Shown here in pieces: positions 34,322 through 42,281 of a stretch of DNA of 42,933 bases (position 1 is the stretch's first letter; each line of letters opens with the position of its first letter). The stretch covers positions 1 to 42,933 of the forward strand of contig JACCVJ010000444.1 in the NCBI GenBank assembly GCA_013698215.1, written 5' to 3'. Under the pieces are notes generated by a model. That model did no database searches, was not told where the DNA came from, and saw only the letters and a list, made by a program, of their open reading frames with translations. A program made the position numbers and the translations under genes. Source of the DNA: Tatlockia sp. (GTDB lineage Bacteria > Cyanobacteriota > Cyanobacteriia > Cyanobacteriales > Chroococcidiopsidaceae).

Positions 34322-36913
34322 ATGCCAAAAAAAAGTTCAAACTTCAGAAAAGATCCCGAGCCTACGTTTTCGTTTGTATTAAAATTACTGCTTGTAATTT
34401 TTATTACAATTCTTCCTGTTTGCTTATCTTGGCAAATGTGGTTAGAGATTGTATTAGGTAAACTGCCGCGGGCTTGGGACGGATCAGGACATTATGCCCT
34501 CGCGGAAATTTACAATAAAACAATCTTTCCTGGTATAAGTGGTTGGACAAACGCATATTTTAGCGGGATGCCTTTTCCAAATTTTTACCCGCCTCTTTTT
34601 TATTGGCTTACTGCGTTGATCAGTCATACACATCTGATCACTTTTGAAACAGCTTTTAAGTTAGTTATTTGTCTCCCAACTTTATTATTGCCTGCGGCAA
34701 TATGGTATTTCGCCCATCAAATCTCAGATAAAAATTCCATCATAGCTACCGGGGCTGTACTACCCTGTATATTATTACTTATTGATTACCGGTGCAGACT
34801 CGTTGCTCCTTCAGGACTTGATTATGTCAGCACTTTCCAAGTCGGACTTTATACTCAACCGCTTGGTTTTGTCTTGCTTTTATTATGGTTGAGTTTCTAC
34901 TTAAAATTTAGAGACGGCAGGCTTTCGTTTGCTTTAACATCAGTTCTATTAGCTTTAACCGTTCTTACCAACTTTTTTTGTGCAATTGTTGCTGCAATTT
35001 TCGTGATAGTGGTTCTTTTTAACGATTTCATTGGGTGGTTAAATAGAAAAGAGTTCAAGAGAGAGAGCAAGGAATCGAAAAAATTGTTCTTTCACTTTGC
35101 AACTTCATTAGTCGCCTTTTTTTTTACATTGTTCTGGACATTGCCGATGATTCTACAAATTGACTATTTTGTCACGCGTCCGCAGATTAGTCCTTTTTTT
35201 CAGTTCATTCCGGCAACAATATGGACTTTTTATTTAATTTCAATTGTTGGTTTTATCTATTGGATTTTGCGACCAAACCAAATATTAGTGCCTTTTTTAG
35301 TATTCTGCTTAATTATTGAAATAGGGATTGTCTTTACTGTTCACTTATCTTTTTTATCATTTCCGCTTCAACCCTTGAGATTCCTGACAATGCTAAACTT
35401 TTTGCTTTGTATTCCATTTGGATTTGCGTTCGCAGGAATTATAAAAATTTTCTCAAAAATGATAGAACTTTTGTTGAATAAGCTACGGGTAAGCAAAAAA
35501 AGTGAAAAATCTACATTTAGGCTAAATAAATTCCGCGTTGAAATTTTGTTTGCTTATCTTTTATTCTTTATCGGGACTTTAACTGGACTTTGGTTTATCA
35601 AAACTCCACTTTATGATCGTGCTTATTATGCAGAGGACACTTTTGAGAAAATAAATGGTGTTCTTAATTTCGCACTTGAACACCGTGAGGGAAAGTATTT
35701 AGTGGAGATACCCCAGGATGCTTATTCGGGCAGTATGTTAGACGCTAGAGCTATAAATTCTTATCTGGGATCTCAGGGAAATCAAACTTTAAGTGTTGTA
35801 TTTCGAGAAGCTTCTCCGAACTCTCTCTTCTTTAATCCTCAGATCAGCGTTTTATCAACGAATCCTGATAATTTCGGTATCAGCTCTGTTTTAGCGGATG
35901 ATTTAGATTTTAGAGAGCAGCCTTTATCAAATCACCTTAAAAGGATTCGGTTTGTCGGAGTCAGGTACATCGTCGTTGCTTCACCCATCATAAAAAAATT
36001 GCTCGCTAGCGAAACTGACACCACTATTAGTTACGACTCGGGTGTCTGGACTATTTACGAGATTAAAGATTCACAAACAGAACCTGTCAGAGTTTTGCCC
36101 TACCTGCCGGCTTTATTTGTTAGCGACTTGTCAGTTAAATTACGAACTAGGGAGGATTATAACTTTGTAAGATTGGCAGAGGAGCAATTTTCGGATGCTT
36201 GGTTTGACGTGCTACTGGCAAATGCTCCAAATACTAAAATTGACGAAATCAATAATCTTAATCTTTTTGGAGCAATTATTTTGGATAATTATGAATGCAA
36301 CGATGAAGAAGTTGCTTTTGAGCGATTGCGTAATTTTGCAAACTCCCGCACTGTATTTCTTATAGAAAGTGATGCAAGTTTATTTCATAGAATCCGCAAA
36401 TCCCTTGACAAATTTCCACTAGCTCAAGTTATCGAGCGAGAATCCGGTAATGCACATAGTTGGTTGACAACCGACTTTCCAACCATTCGATATGGCTCGA
36501 GTAACATCCGCCGCCAATGGAAAAAAATTAGAAGCGGTCTTGAAATCCACAAAGTTCCGACTGACGCATTTCTGACTACCTTAAAAAGCAAATTTAGTAT
36601 TGATAATGTTGAAATAAGTTATAACGAGCAAGTAGCAGTACCGGTTTTAATTAAAAATACATTTCATCCAAATTGGCAGCGAAACGACCATAATTCAATT
36701 TATATAGCAACACCTTTTTTTCAGCTTACCTTTGTGGAAAATCCTGTAAAGATTAGTTATTGCCGGAGATGGTTCGAAATAATTGGTCTTATTACTTCAT
36801 CTTTAATGATTATAATACTTAGTGTTTACTCAGTTTATAAAGCCTTCAAAACTTTTGGGGTAAAAAGTAAATTGAGAATCGAAAGAAATTGCAGATGCAA
36901 AAAAACATCATAA
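34322..36913 (+). CDS. PTPS-related (6-pyruvoyl-tetrahydropterin synthase-related) GT-C-like multi-pass membrane protein
   Basis: WDGSGHY...GW...YFSGMPFPNFYPPLFYW, many TM helices, C-terminal IKNTFHPNW. Confidence 0.75.
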   Translation: MPKKSSNFRKDPEPTFSFVLKLLLVIFITILPVCLSWQMWLEIVLGKLPRAWDGSGHYALAEIYNKTIFPGISGWTNAYFSGMPFPNFYPPLFYWLTALISHTHLITFETAFKLVICLPTLLLPAAIWYFAHQISDKNSIIATGAVLPCILLLIDYRCRLVAPSGLDYVSTFQVGLYTQPLGFVLLLLWLSFYLKFRDGRLSFALTSVLLALTVLTNFFCAIVAAIFVIVVLFNDFIGWLNRKEFKRESKESKKLFFHFATSLVAFFFTLFWTLPMILQIDYFVTRPQISPFFQFIPATIWTFYLISIVGFIYWILRPNQILVPFLVFCLIIEIGIVFTVHLSFLSFPLQPLRFLTMLNFLLCIPFGFAFAGIIKIFSKMIELLLNKLRVSKKSEKSTFRLNKFRVEILFAYLLFFIGTLTGLWFIKTPLYDRAYYAEDTFEKINGVLNFALEHREGKYLVEIPQDAYSGSMLDARAINSYLGSQGNQTLSVVFREASPNSLFFNPQISVLSTNPDNFGISSVLADDLDFREQPLSNHLKRIRFVGVRYIVVASPIIKKLLASETDTTISYDSGVWTIYEIKDSQTEPVRVLPYLPALFVSDLSVKLRTREDYNFVRLAEEQFSDAWFDVLLANAPNTKIDEINNLNLFGAIILDNYECNDEEVAFERLRNFANSRTVFLIESDASLFHRIRKSLDKFPLAQVIERESGNAHSWLTTDFPTIRYGSSNIRRQWKKIRSGLEIHKVPTDAFLTTLKSKFSIDNVEISYNEQVAVPVLIKNTFHPNWQRNDHNSIYIATPFFQLTFVENPVKISYCRRWFEIIGLITSSLMIIILSVYSVYKAFKTFGVKSKLRIERNCRCKKTS

Positions 36914-37053
36914 ATCTACTTCTTAAAACACTAATTTTTATGGCGTTTTGAGAATTAAATTCGAAATGCCAAGAAACAAAACTTTTCCAATCGGAAAAGT
37001 CTTTCTTCAGGAGTGAAAAAATTAATTGGTAGGCTGTAAAGTTTTTTGACCAC

Positions 37054-37080
37054 GATATAAAAAAACGGTCGTTTTTATCA
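37054..37080. other. res-like palindrome upstream of resolvase 4
   Basis: AAAAACG-GT-CGTTTTT core, preceded by a GTTTTTTGAC half-site (37041-37050). Confidence 0.45.
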
Positions 37081-37182
37081 CAAGAATAATTCAGCGAATA
37101 TCATTGATAAAATCCGCAGAATAATTATAAAATAATCTCGCTTTGTAGGTTTTCTTCTAATTTCTAAAAAAGCGAGGTTTTT

Positions 37183-37902
37183 ATGCCAACTAAGTCCGCT
37201 TTGAATATCCTGATCAAATCAAAATCGGTTGATTCTCCGAAATCTTCCGTCAAATCGTCTCGCGCAAAAGCGGCGGCGGAAAAATCACCGGCAATGAAAG
37301 CCGTCGGTTACTTGAGAGTTTCGACCGGCGAGCAGGAACTCGATAAAAACAAAGCCGACATTCTGCGGCTCGCCAACGAGGCGAATTTGGGACGGGTGCG
37401 TTTCGTCGAAGAAAAGATTTCCGGCAAAATCTCGTGGCGCAAGCGAAAAGTCGCCGAAATTCTCGACGACCTGATTAAAGGCGATGCGCTGATCGTCAGC
37501 GAACTATCCCGTCTCGGCAGAAGTATGCTCGAATGTATGGAAATTCTCTCGGTCGCTTTGCAGAAAGGAGTCAGCGTTTATTCGGTTAAAGGCAATTGGA
37601 AATTAGATAACTCAATTCAAAGCAAGATCGTGGCGATGGCGTTTTCGATGGCGGCGGAAATCGAACGCGATTTGATTTCCCAGCGCACGACCGAAGCTCT
37701 GCGTTATAAAAAGGAACAGGGCATCAAACTCGGCAGACCGCTCGGTCCGGGCAAATCGAAACTCGATCAATATCGCCCGGAAATCGAAGCCCTGCTCGCC
37801 AACGGCTCGACGCAAAAATATATCGCCCGAAGATACAAAGCGACCGAAGCGACGGTTTCCAATTGGGTCAAGAAAAATAAAATCCGTCAGGTGAATTTAT
37901 AG
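37183..37902 (+). CDS. Serine recombinase (resolvase), distinct subfamily
   Basis: GYLRVST, SELSRLGRS, AEIERDLISQRT, LGRP, C-terminal HTH. Confidence 0.95.
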   Translation: MPTKSALNILIKSKSVDSPKSSVKSSRAKAAAEKSPAMKAVGYLRVSTGEQELDKNKADILRLANEANLGRVRFVEEKISGKISWRKRKVAEILDDLIKGDALIVSELSRLGRSMLECMEILSVALQKGVSVYSVKGNWKLDNSIQSKIVAMAFSMAAEIERDLISQRTTEALRYKKEQGIKLGRPLGPGKSKLDQYRPEIEALLANGSTQKYIARRYKATEATVSNWVKKNKIRQVNL

Positions 37903-37978
37903 TTGCAGATAAAGTGGGTTTGCCGATTATAATTGCAAGCTACTACAGTTAGCCTATCAGCTTGAAACAAAAGGTTTG

Positions 37979-38134
37979 ATGAAAGATTTTGAAGGAGCAA
38001 TGACACCTTCAGGCGGTTACACAGTCAAACATACTCCGCACACTTCTGCCGAAACGATGGCTGAAGGTCAATTTAATCGGTTTTATATACTTGGGTTATG
38101 CAAACGCGCGAGGGCGAATATATCCGCGACCTAA
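37979..38134 (+). pseudogene. Fragment of a conserved hypothetical gene (AEG[EQ]FNRFY motif)
   Basis: Manual translation MKDFEG...SAETMAEGQFNRFYILGLCKRA; breaks off where the ParD-like remnant begins. Confidence 0.45.
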
Positions 38135-38286
38135 TCCGCGCCGACCATAAACGCCGCGCTGAGGCGCAGCTTGAGACTTTACTGCTGGAGCGATTGCGGA
38201 CCAACACCGCCACCGAATTTGACGTTGATCAAGTAAAAGCCAAATTTGCAAAACGAATCACGCAGCGCGGAAAGAAGAACAAATGA
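38098..38286 (+). pseudogene. ParD-like antitoxin remnant (RHH beta-strand missing)
   Basis: EYIRDLIRAD...LETLLLERL matches the C-terminal two thirds of the 38814 antitoxin. Confidence 0.65.
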
Positions 38287-38459
38287 GAATTCTTCAAGAT
38301 TCTGATGTTTTAGAAGAACTTATACTCCTCGCCGGACGCATCTTTGATGACAATCAAGAAGCGGCACAACAGTTTCTTGATTCCTGTGATGCGGCATTTA
38401 GTTTCAAAATAACAAACATTGACGCATCTCCTATTCTTACCTCGAAAGGAGCTGTATGA
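38283..38459 (+). pseudogene. ParE-like toxin N-terminal remnant
   Basis: ATGA-coupled; MRILQDSDVLEELILLAGRIFDDNQEAAQQFLDSCDAAF, then no beta-sheet region. Confidence 0.55.
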
Positions 38460-38737
38460 ATATGAACGTATCTTTAACGCCTGAACTTGAAACTTTGGTC
38501 AATGAGAAGGTCAAGTCGGGCAATTACAATTCAGCTTCGGAAGTCGTCCGCGAAGCTCTCCGGCTGCTCAAAGAACAGGACGAACTTAAACGAATTCGCC
38601 GCGAAAACGTGCGCCGCGAAGTGATGAAAGGCGTCACCGATATTCGGGAAGGACGCTACCGGACTTATGAATCCGGCGAACAATTAGCCAATGAAGTTAT
38701 CCGCCGTAGCAAAGCAAAATTGAAAACCAAAAAGTAA
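38456..38737 (+). CDS. parD: ParD-family (RHH) antitoxin, no cognate toxin downstream
   Basis: MNVSLTPELE..V..KVKSG.Y.SASEVVREALRLL. Confidence 0.9.
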   Translation: MNMNVSLTPELETLVNEKVKSGNYNSASEVVREALRLLKEQDELKRIRRENVRREVMKGVTDIREGRYRTYESGEQLANEVIRRSKAKLKTKK

Positions 38738-38765
38738 ATCAGGTCAACCGCAGGCAATTGAAATC

Positions 38766-38795
38766 TATTGACAATAGTTGTCAATATGCTATGCT
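38766..38795 (+). promoter_or_regulatory. parDE promoter with palindromic operator
   Basis: TATTGACAA-TAG-TTGTCAATA overlapping TTGACA-N16-TATGCT with an extended -10 TG. Confidence 0.7.
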
Positions 38796-38813
38796 TCCCT
38801 TGAAAGGAGTTTT

Positions 38814-39077
38814 ATGCCAACAGCAACAATCAATATCTCGATTCCCGATAATTTGAAAGCCGAAGTCGAGGAAGTCATCGCCGCTGAAGGCTACGGCAAC
38901 ACGAGCGAGTTCTTCCGCGATTTGGTGCGTGATTATCTCCGGCAGCGACAGGCGCGCAAACTTGAAGCACTGCTTCTGGAAGGTCTCGAAAGCGGTCAAG
39001 CGACGCCGTTTACCAAGGATGATTTTGCGGCAATAAAGGAGCGCGGATTGGAGCGTTTGAAAAATAAAGCTAAGTGA
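38814..39077 (+). CDS. parD: ParD-family (RHH) antitoxin
   Basis: RBS AAGGAG; TINISIPDNLK...GYGNTSEFFRDLVR...LLLEGLESG. Confidence 0.9.
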   Translation: MPTATINISIPDNLKAEVEEVIAAEGYGNTSEFFRDLVRDYLRQRQARKLEALLLEGLESGQATPFTKDDFAAIKERGLERLKNKAK

Positions 39078-39388
39078 TGAGCTACCGAATTTTCAAACGC
39101 CCGCAGGCGGAGCGCGATATAGAAGAATGCTTTGTCTATATCGCCGAAGACAATCTTGATAAGGGCGTGTTTTTTCTAGTAGCTGTTGAAGACAGCTTAG
39201 AACAACTGGCTAAGTTCCCTCTTCTAGGAAAGAGCGCAGAATTTCAAAACAAACATTTTCAAGACATGCGGATGTGGCACGTTAAAGGATACGAAAATTA
39301 TCTTATTTTCTATGTCGTTATCGAAGAAACGATTGAAGTGATCCGCGTCCTCTATGCTTCGCGCGACATCAAAGATGTCTTTAGTTAG
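39074..39388 (+). CDS. parE: RelE/ParE-family toxin
   Basis: PQAERDIEE...YIAEDN...L..FP.LG...YLIFY...IEVIRVLYASRDI. Confidence 0.92.
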   Translation: MMSYRIFKRPQAERDIEECFVYIAEDNLDKGVFFLVAVEDSLEQLAKFPLLGKSAEFQNKHFQDMRMWHVKGYENYLIFYVVIEETIEVIRVLYASRDIKDVFS

Positions 39389-39413
39389 TTGCCCGTCCAA
39401 AATCTAAATACCG

Positions 39414-39447
39414 AAAAACTATCTATTAATTATAGGTAGTTTTTTTA
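39414..39447 (+). terminator. Intrinsic terminator after parE
   Basis: AAAAACTATCTAT-TAATT-ATAGGTAGTTTTTTT. Confidence 0.6.
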
Positions 39448-39474
39448 TTTTCTGGTCATCTATATACCCACCCA

Positions 39475-39607
39475 ATCTTTCTTCCCCGCCGTGTTTGATT
39501 TTAGCGGACACCTTACCGTGTCAAGGGACAAGCCCTAAGCCGCTAAAGCGGCTGACACGGCAAGGAATCCGTCCGCTTATAAAGCTAGTAAGGCGGGGAA
39601 GAAAGAT
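39475..39607. promoter_or_regulatory. Long nested stem-loop; Frpo/ssi-like single-stranded DNA promoter
   Basis: 16-bp perfect outer IR, inner 7-bp and 13-bp (1 mismatch) IRs, two apical hairpins; the minus-strand arm carries TTGACA-N15-TAAAAT. Confidence 0.65.
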
Positions 39608-39666
39608 GAAGCCGCGCCGAAAAAATTAACGAATGCCTAAAGCATTCAAGGAAAGGAGAACATACA

Positions 39667-39951
39667 ATGTTCACCAGAAGAGAGCCGGAAACGGCACAAC
39701 CAAGAGAAACAGCCAGCACCGGCGCACAAACTGGTTATATGGCGGAACTCGAAGAATGGCTTGATTTCACCATTTTCGAGCCGATTGAGAACGCCATCGC
39801 CAGCGGTGACACCAAAGTGCTGCATCTCGCCTTTGCCGAGAGCAAGCAGCTCTTAAAACGCAAAGTGCTGGCAAGCTACCATAACGGCTTGAAAGCCAAA
39901 CAGACCAGTAATCCGAAAAACAATGGGCAACCGACTTTTCGCCGAAATTAA
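39667..39951 (+). CDS. Hypothetical protein
   Basis: RBS AAGGAG; 94 aa; overlaps the next gene. Confidence 0.75.
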   Translation: MFTRREPETAQPRETASTGAQTGYMAELEEWLDFTIFEPIENAIASGDTKVLHLAFAESKQLLKRKVLASYHNGLKAKQTSNPKNNGQPTFRRN

Positions 39952-40231
39952 AAAGCGAGGCATTCCACCACTCTACGCGCAAGAGAGCACGGCAGACCCG
40001 ACGATTTATTTAGAGTTGAGTTTGCTCCAGTTCCCGTGGCGGTGGTATGTGTCAGAGTGCGAAATCGAAGACGGCGGGGATATCTTGTTTTTCGGATTCG
40101 TGAACGGCGATTTTGACGAGTGGGGTTACTTCCGGCTTTCAGAGCTGGAAGATACGCAGAGTCCCCTACTGGTCAGTTATGACTTCAAGCCGATGCCGTT
40201 TTCCGAACTGAAAAAGGAATACAATTTATGA
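39923..40231 (+). CDS. DUF2958-like protein
   Basis: IPPLYAQE...W.WYVSE......FFGFV.G...EWGYFRLSELE. Confidence 0.8.
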   Translation: MGNRLFAEIKKRGIPPLYAQESTADPTIYLELSLLQFPWRWYVSECEIEDGGDILFFGFVNGDFDEWGYFRLSELEDTQSPLLVSYDFKPMPFSELKKEYNL

Positions 40232-40308
40232 GAAAGAAATTGTATTTAGCCGCCACCTTTTTACTGCTCGGTTTTGTTTCCGGCTATGTCCTAGACTTAA
40301 TTTTTTAA
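40228..40308 (+). CDS. 26-aa single-TM peptide
   Basis: MRKKLYLAATFLLLGFVSGYVLDLIF*, ATGA-coupled to the DUF2958 stop. Confidence 0.5.
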   Translation: MRKKLYLAATFLLLGFVSGYVLDLIF

Positions 40309-40318
40309 GACTTCGGCA

Positions 40319-40352
40319 CGAATGCAAGAAACATCAAAATTTCTTGCATTCG
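40319..40352. repeat. 13-bp perfect inverted repeat
   Basis: CGAATGCAAGAAA-N8-TTTCTTGCATTCG. Confidence 0.7.
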
Positions 40353-40441
40353 GCGGCAACCCACCCTTATTGAAGATGACCGGAAAATAAAAAACGCGAG
40401 ATGCTATAATACAAATCTAAACAATTAAAATAGCAAAACAC

Positions 40442-40561
40442 ATGACCAATCCAATTTATGAGCCGATTGATGAAAATCTGGATCGTCCGGCAACGCGAGC
40501 GGATGTCGAGAAGGTTTTAAGAGCGATTGAAATGTTGTCCGAACAAATCAATAAGCAATAA
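40442..40561 (+). CDS. 39-aa small ORF
   Basis: MTNPIYEPIDENLDRPATRADVEKVLRAIEMLSEQINKQ*; TGCTATAAT extended -10 about 35 bp upstream. Confidence 0.45.
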   Translation: MTNPIYEPIDENLDRPATRADVEKVLRAIEMLSEQINKQ

Positions 40562-40701
40562 AAAAGGTAGCGTTCCTATAATCTGGTTTGTTAAGTTTTG
40601 TGACATTAAGACCTCCAAGAATTATTTATTGCTTACCTTATCCTATTAATAATTAGACAGTCTTGACTACTCAAGGATATTTTCGCGTATATTCAAAATC
40701 T

Positions 40702-41802
40702 TCAATTCAGCTTCTTATAAATGTTCTCGTATAAATCTTTCGACTTTCTTATAAGGTCGTCATAGGTATAGACCTCAATTGCACGGCTATTAATAGAAAA
40801 TCGTTTGAGCTTTGCAATTTGCTCAGAAGTTAATTCTTTTCTCATACCAATTATTAGAACACCTTTAGGAGAAAAGATGCCGGGCATAAGCGAGCGAGCG
40901 TATTCTCCGTGAGCATCAACCCATTCTTGAAAATCTAGAACTTGTCCAAGAGCGTGAGTGAATTTAGCTGTTAGGTCATTCCCATTAGTAAATATAGCAT
41001 CATGAGGTTTCTCGATTTCTACCAAAATATACTCATTATCAAGACGGCGGAGGACGAAATCTGTGATGTGCTCTAAACCAAGTTTTTGTTTGGGGATAAC
41101 TTCACTGGCTAGCGGATCAATAAATACAGGATGATCTGTAAAGAATCTTTGATATTCCTCCTCATTACGATTTTCAGAAATAAGTGTCTCAAACGCAGTA
41201 ATAAGGCGGCGTGTTATTTTAATTGCAGGCTCGGCAAAAAGCTCAAATACGACTGAACGCATGAAATCAGTGGCAGCTTTCCTCTCTTCAGGAGGGATTT
41301 CATCATCAAAAGAAGCTACAGAAAAAATGGCTTGAAGTTGAAACACCAATAACTTTTCAAATAAATCTGCATTAAATTGACTCTCTTCAACTATTTCATG
41401 GAGCGATTGCTTTGCAGCTTCGACAACATCGCTTGAAGGAAGGTCATCTAAAGGTGATATAAGATCAACCTCGAGTAATATGCTTTTAGGCGGCAGTTGT
41501 CCATGAGCAGTATGCCAGAGCGCCTCTAATATCACTCCGACATCGAGTTTATCTTCTTTATCAAAGGGTGCCTTTATGGCACTATCGCTTAGCACCTGAA
41601 CGCCTACCCTGCCCTTTTGTAACAAGGCTCTTGAGGCAAGACGTGTTACTGCAAGATTATGTTCACCAAAAAAATTGAAACTAAAGCTAAGGAGTTTCCT
41701 CAAATCTAGGATAGCAGAGTCCTCTTGCTTCATTGCGAGGTTCGCAATCTTCCTTACGACCTCTTCCGGTTGTGCTTCCTCAGAAATAATTTCATTTTCC
41801 AT
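40702..41802 (-). CDS. sduA: Shedu anti-phage nuclease (DUF4263) with helical N-terminal domain
   Basis: EEEYQRFFTDHP...TDF...LVEIEKP...ALGQV.D...W...GVLIIG.R...IEVYTYDDL (PD-(D/E)xK pattern of DUF4263). Confidence 0.85.
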   Translation of the reverse strand: MENEIISEEAQPEEVVRKIANLAMKQEDSAILDLRKLLSFSFNFFGEHNLAVTRLASRALLQKGRVGVQVLSDSAIKAPFDKEDKLDVGVILEALWHTAHGQLPPKSILLEVDLISPLDDLPSSDVVEAAKQSLHEIVEESQFNADLFEKLLVFQLQAIFSVASFDDEIPPEERKAATDFMRSVVFELFAEPAIKITRRLITAFETLISENRNEEEYQRFFTDHPVFIDPLASEVIPKQKLGLEHITDFVLRRLDNEYILVEIEKPHDAIFTNGNDLTAKFTHALGQVLDFQEWVDAHGEYARSLMPGIFSPKGVLIIGMRKELTSEQIAKLKRFSINSRAIEVYTYDDLIRKSKDLYENIYKKLN

Positions 41803-41881
41803 CTTGATTATTGTTTCGGTCTCAAAAAGGGTGGTTTTTGAGATTCTTACATTCTTCGATTTTTGCGCATAAATAGCAAAT

Positions 41882-41909
41882 AAAAAAGCGATAGAGAAAT
41901 CTATCGCTT
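41882..41909 (-). terminator. Intrinsic terminator of the DUF932 operon
   Basis: AAGCGATAGA-N4-TCTATCGCTT followed by a T-run on the minus strand. Confidence 0.75.
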
Positions 41910-41915
41910 GTGCTT

Positions 41916-42281
41916 TTAATACGGGAAAGTTCCCTGTCCGAGTCTTTGGGTAATCGCCATCGCCGATGCGCCGAGCATATGCGTTTTATCAATCGCCTCC
42001 GCCAGATCGAAATCAATTTCCAGAAGATCAGCCGCGATGTCCACATAACCCGGCAGTAGAGCCAATCCCCTGCTTTCAAGTTCAACGTGAACTTCCCTCT
42101 CGGCTTCAACCCGTTCATAGGCTTTGCGGGCTGAGCCGAATTTGCCGACCACCGCCGCTCCCAAAGCGCAGACATGAAAATTGCCGAACACGCCCTCGAA
42201 AAAGCAGCTCTCCGATTCGGTAACGTTTTCCTCATCCATCCCTTTTTTAATCAAAAGGGCGAGTTCCCTTTGCTTAATCAT
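41916..42281 (-). CDS. Hypothetical protein (121 aa)
   Basis: GAGGAGG RBS before ATG 42281, overlapping the DUF932 stop; CALGAA motif. Confidence 0.7.
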   Translation of the reverse strand: MIKQRELALLIKKGMDEENVTESESCFFEGVFGNFHVCALGAAVVGKFGSARKAYERVEAEREVHVELESRGLALLPGYVDIAADLLEIDFDLAEAIDKTHMLGASAMAITQRLGQGTFPY

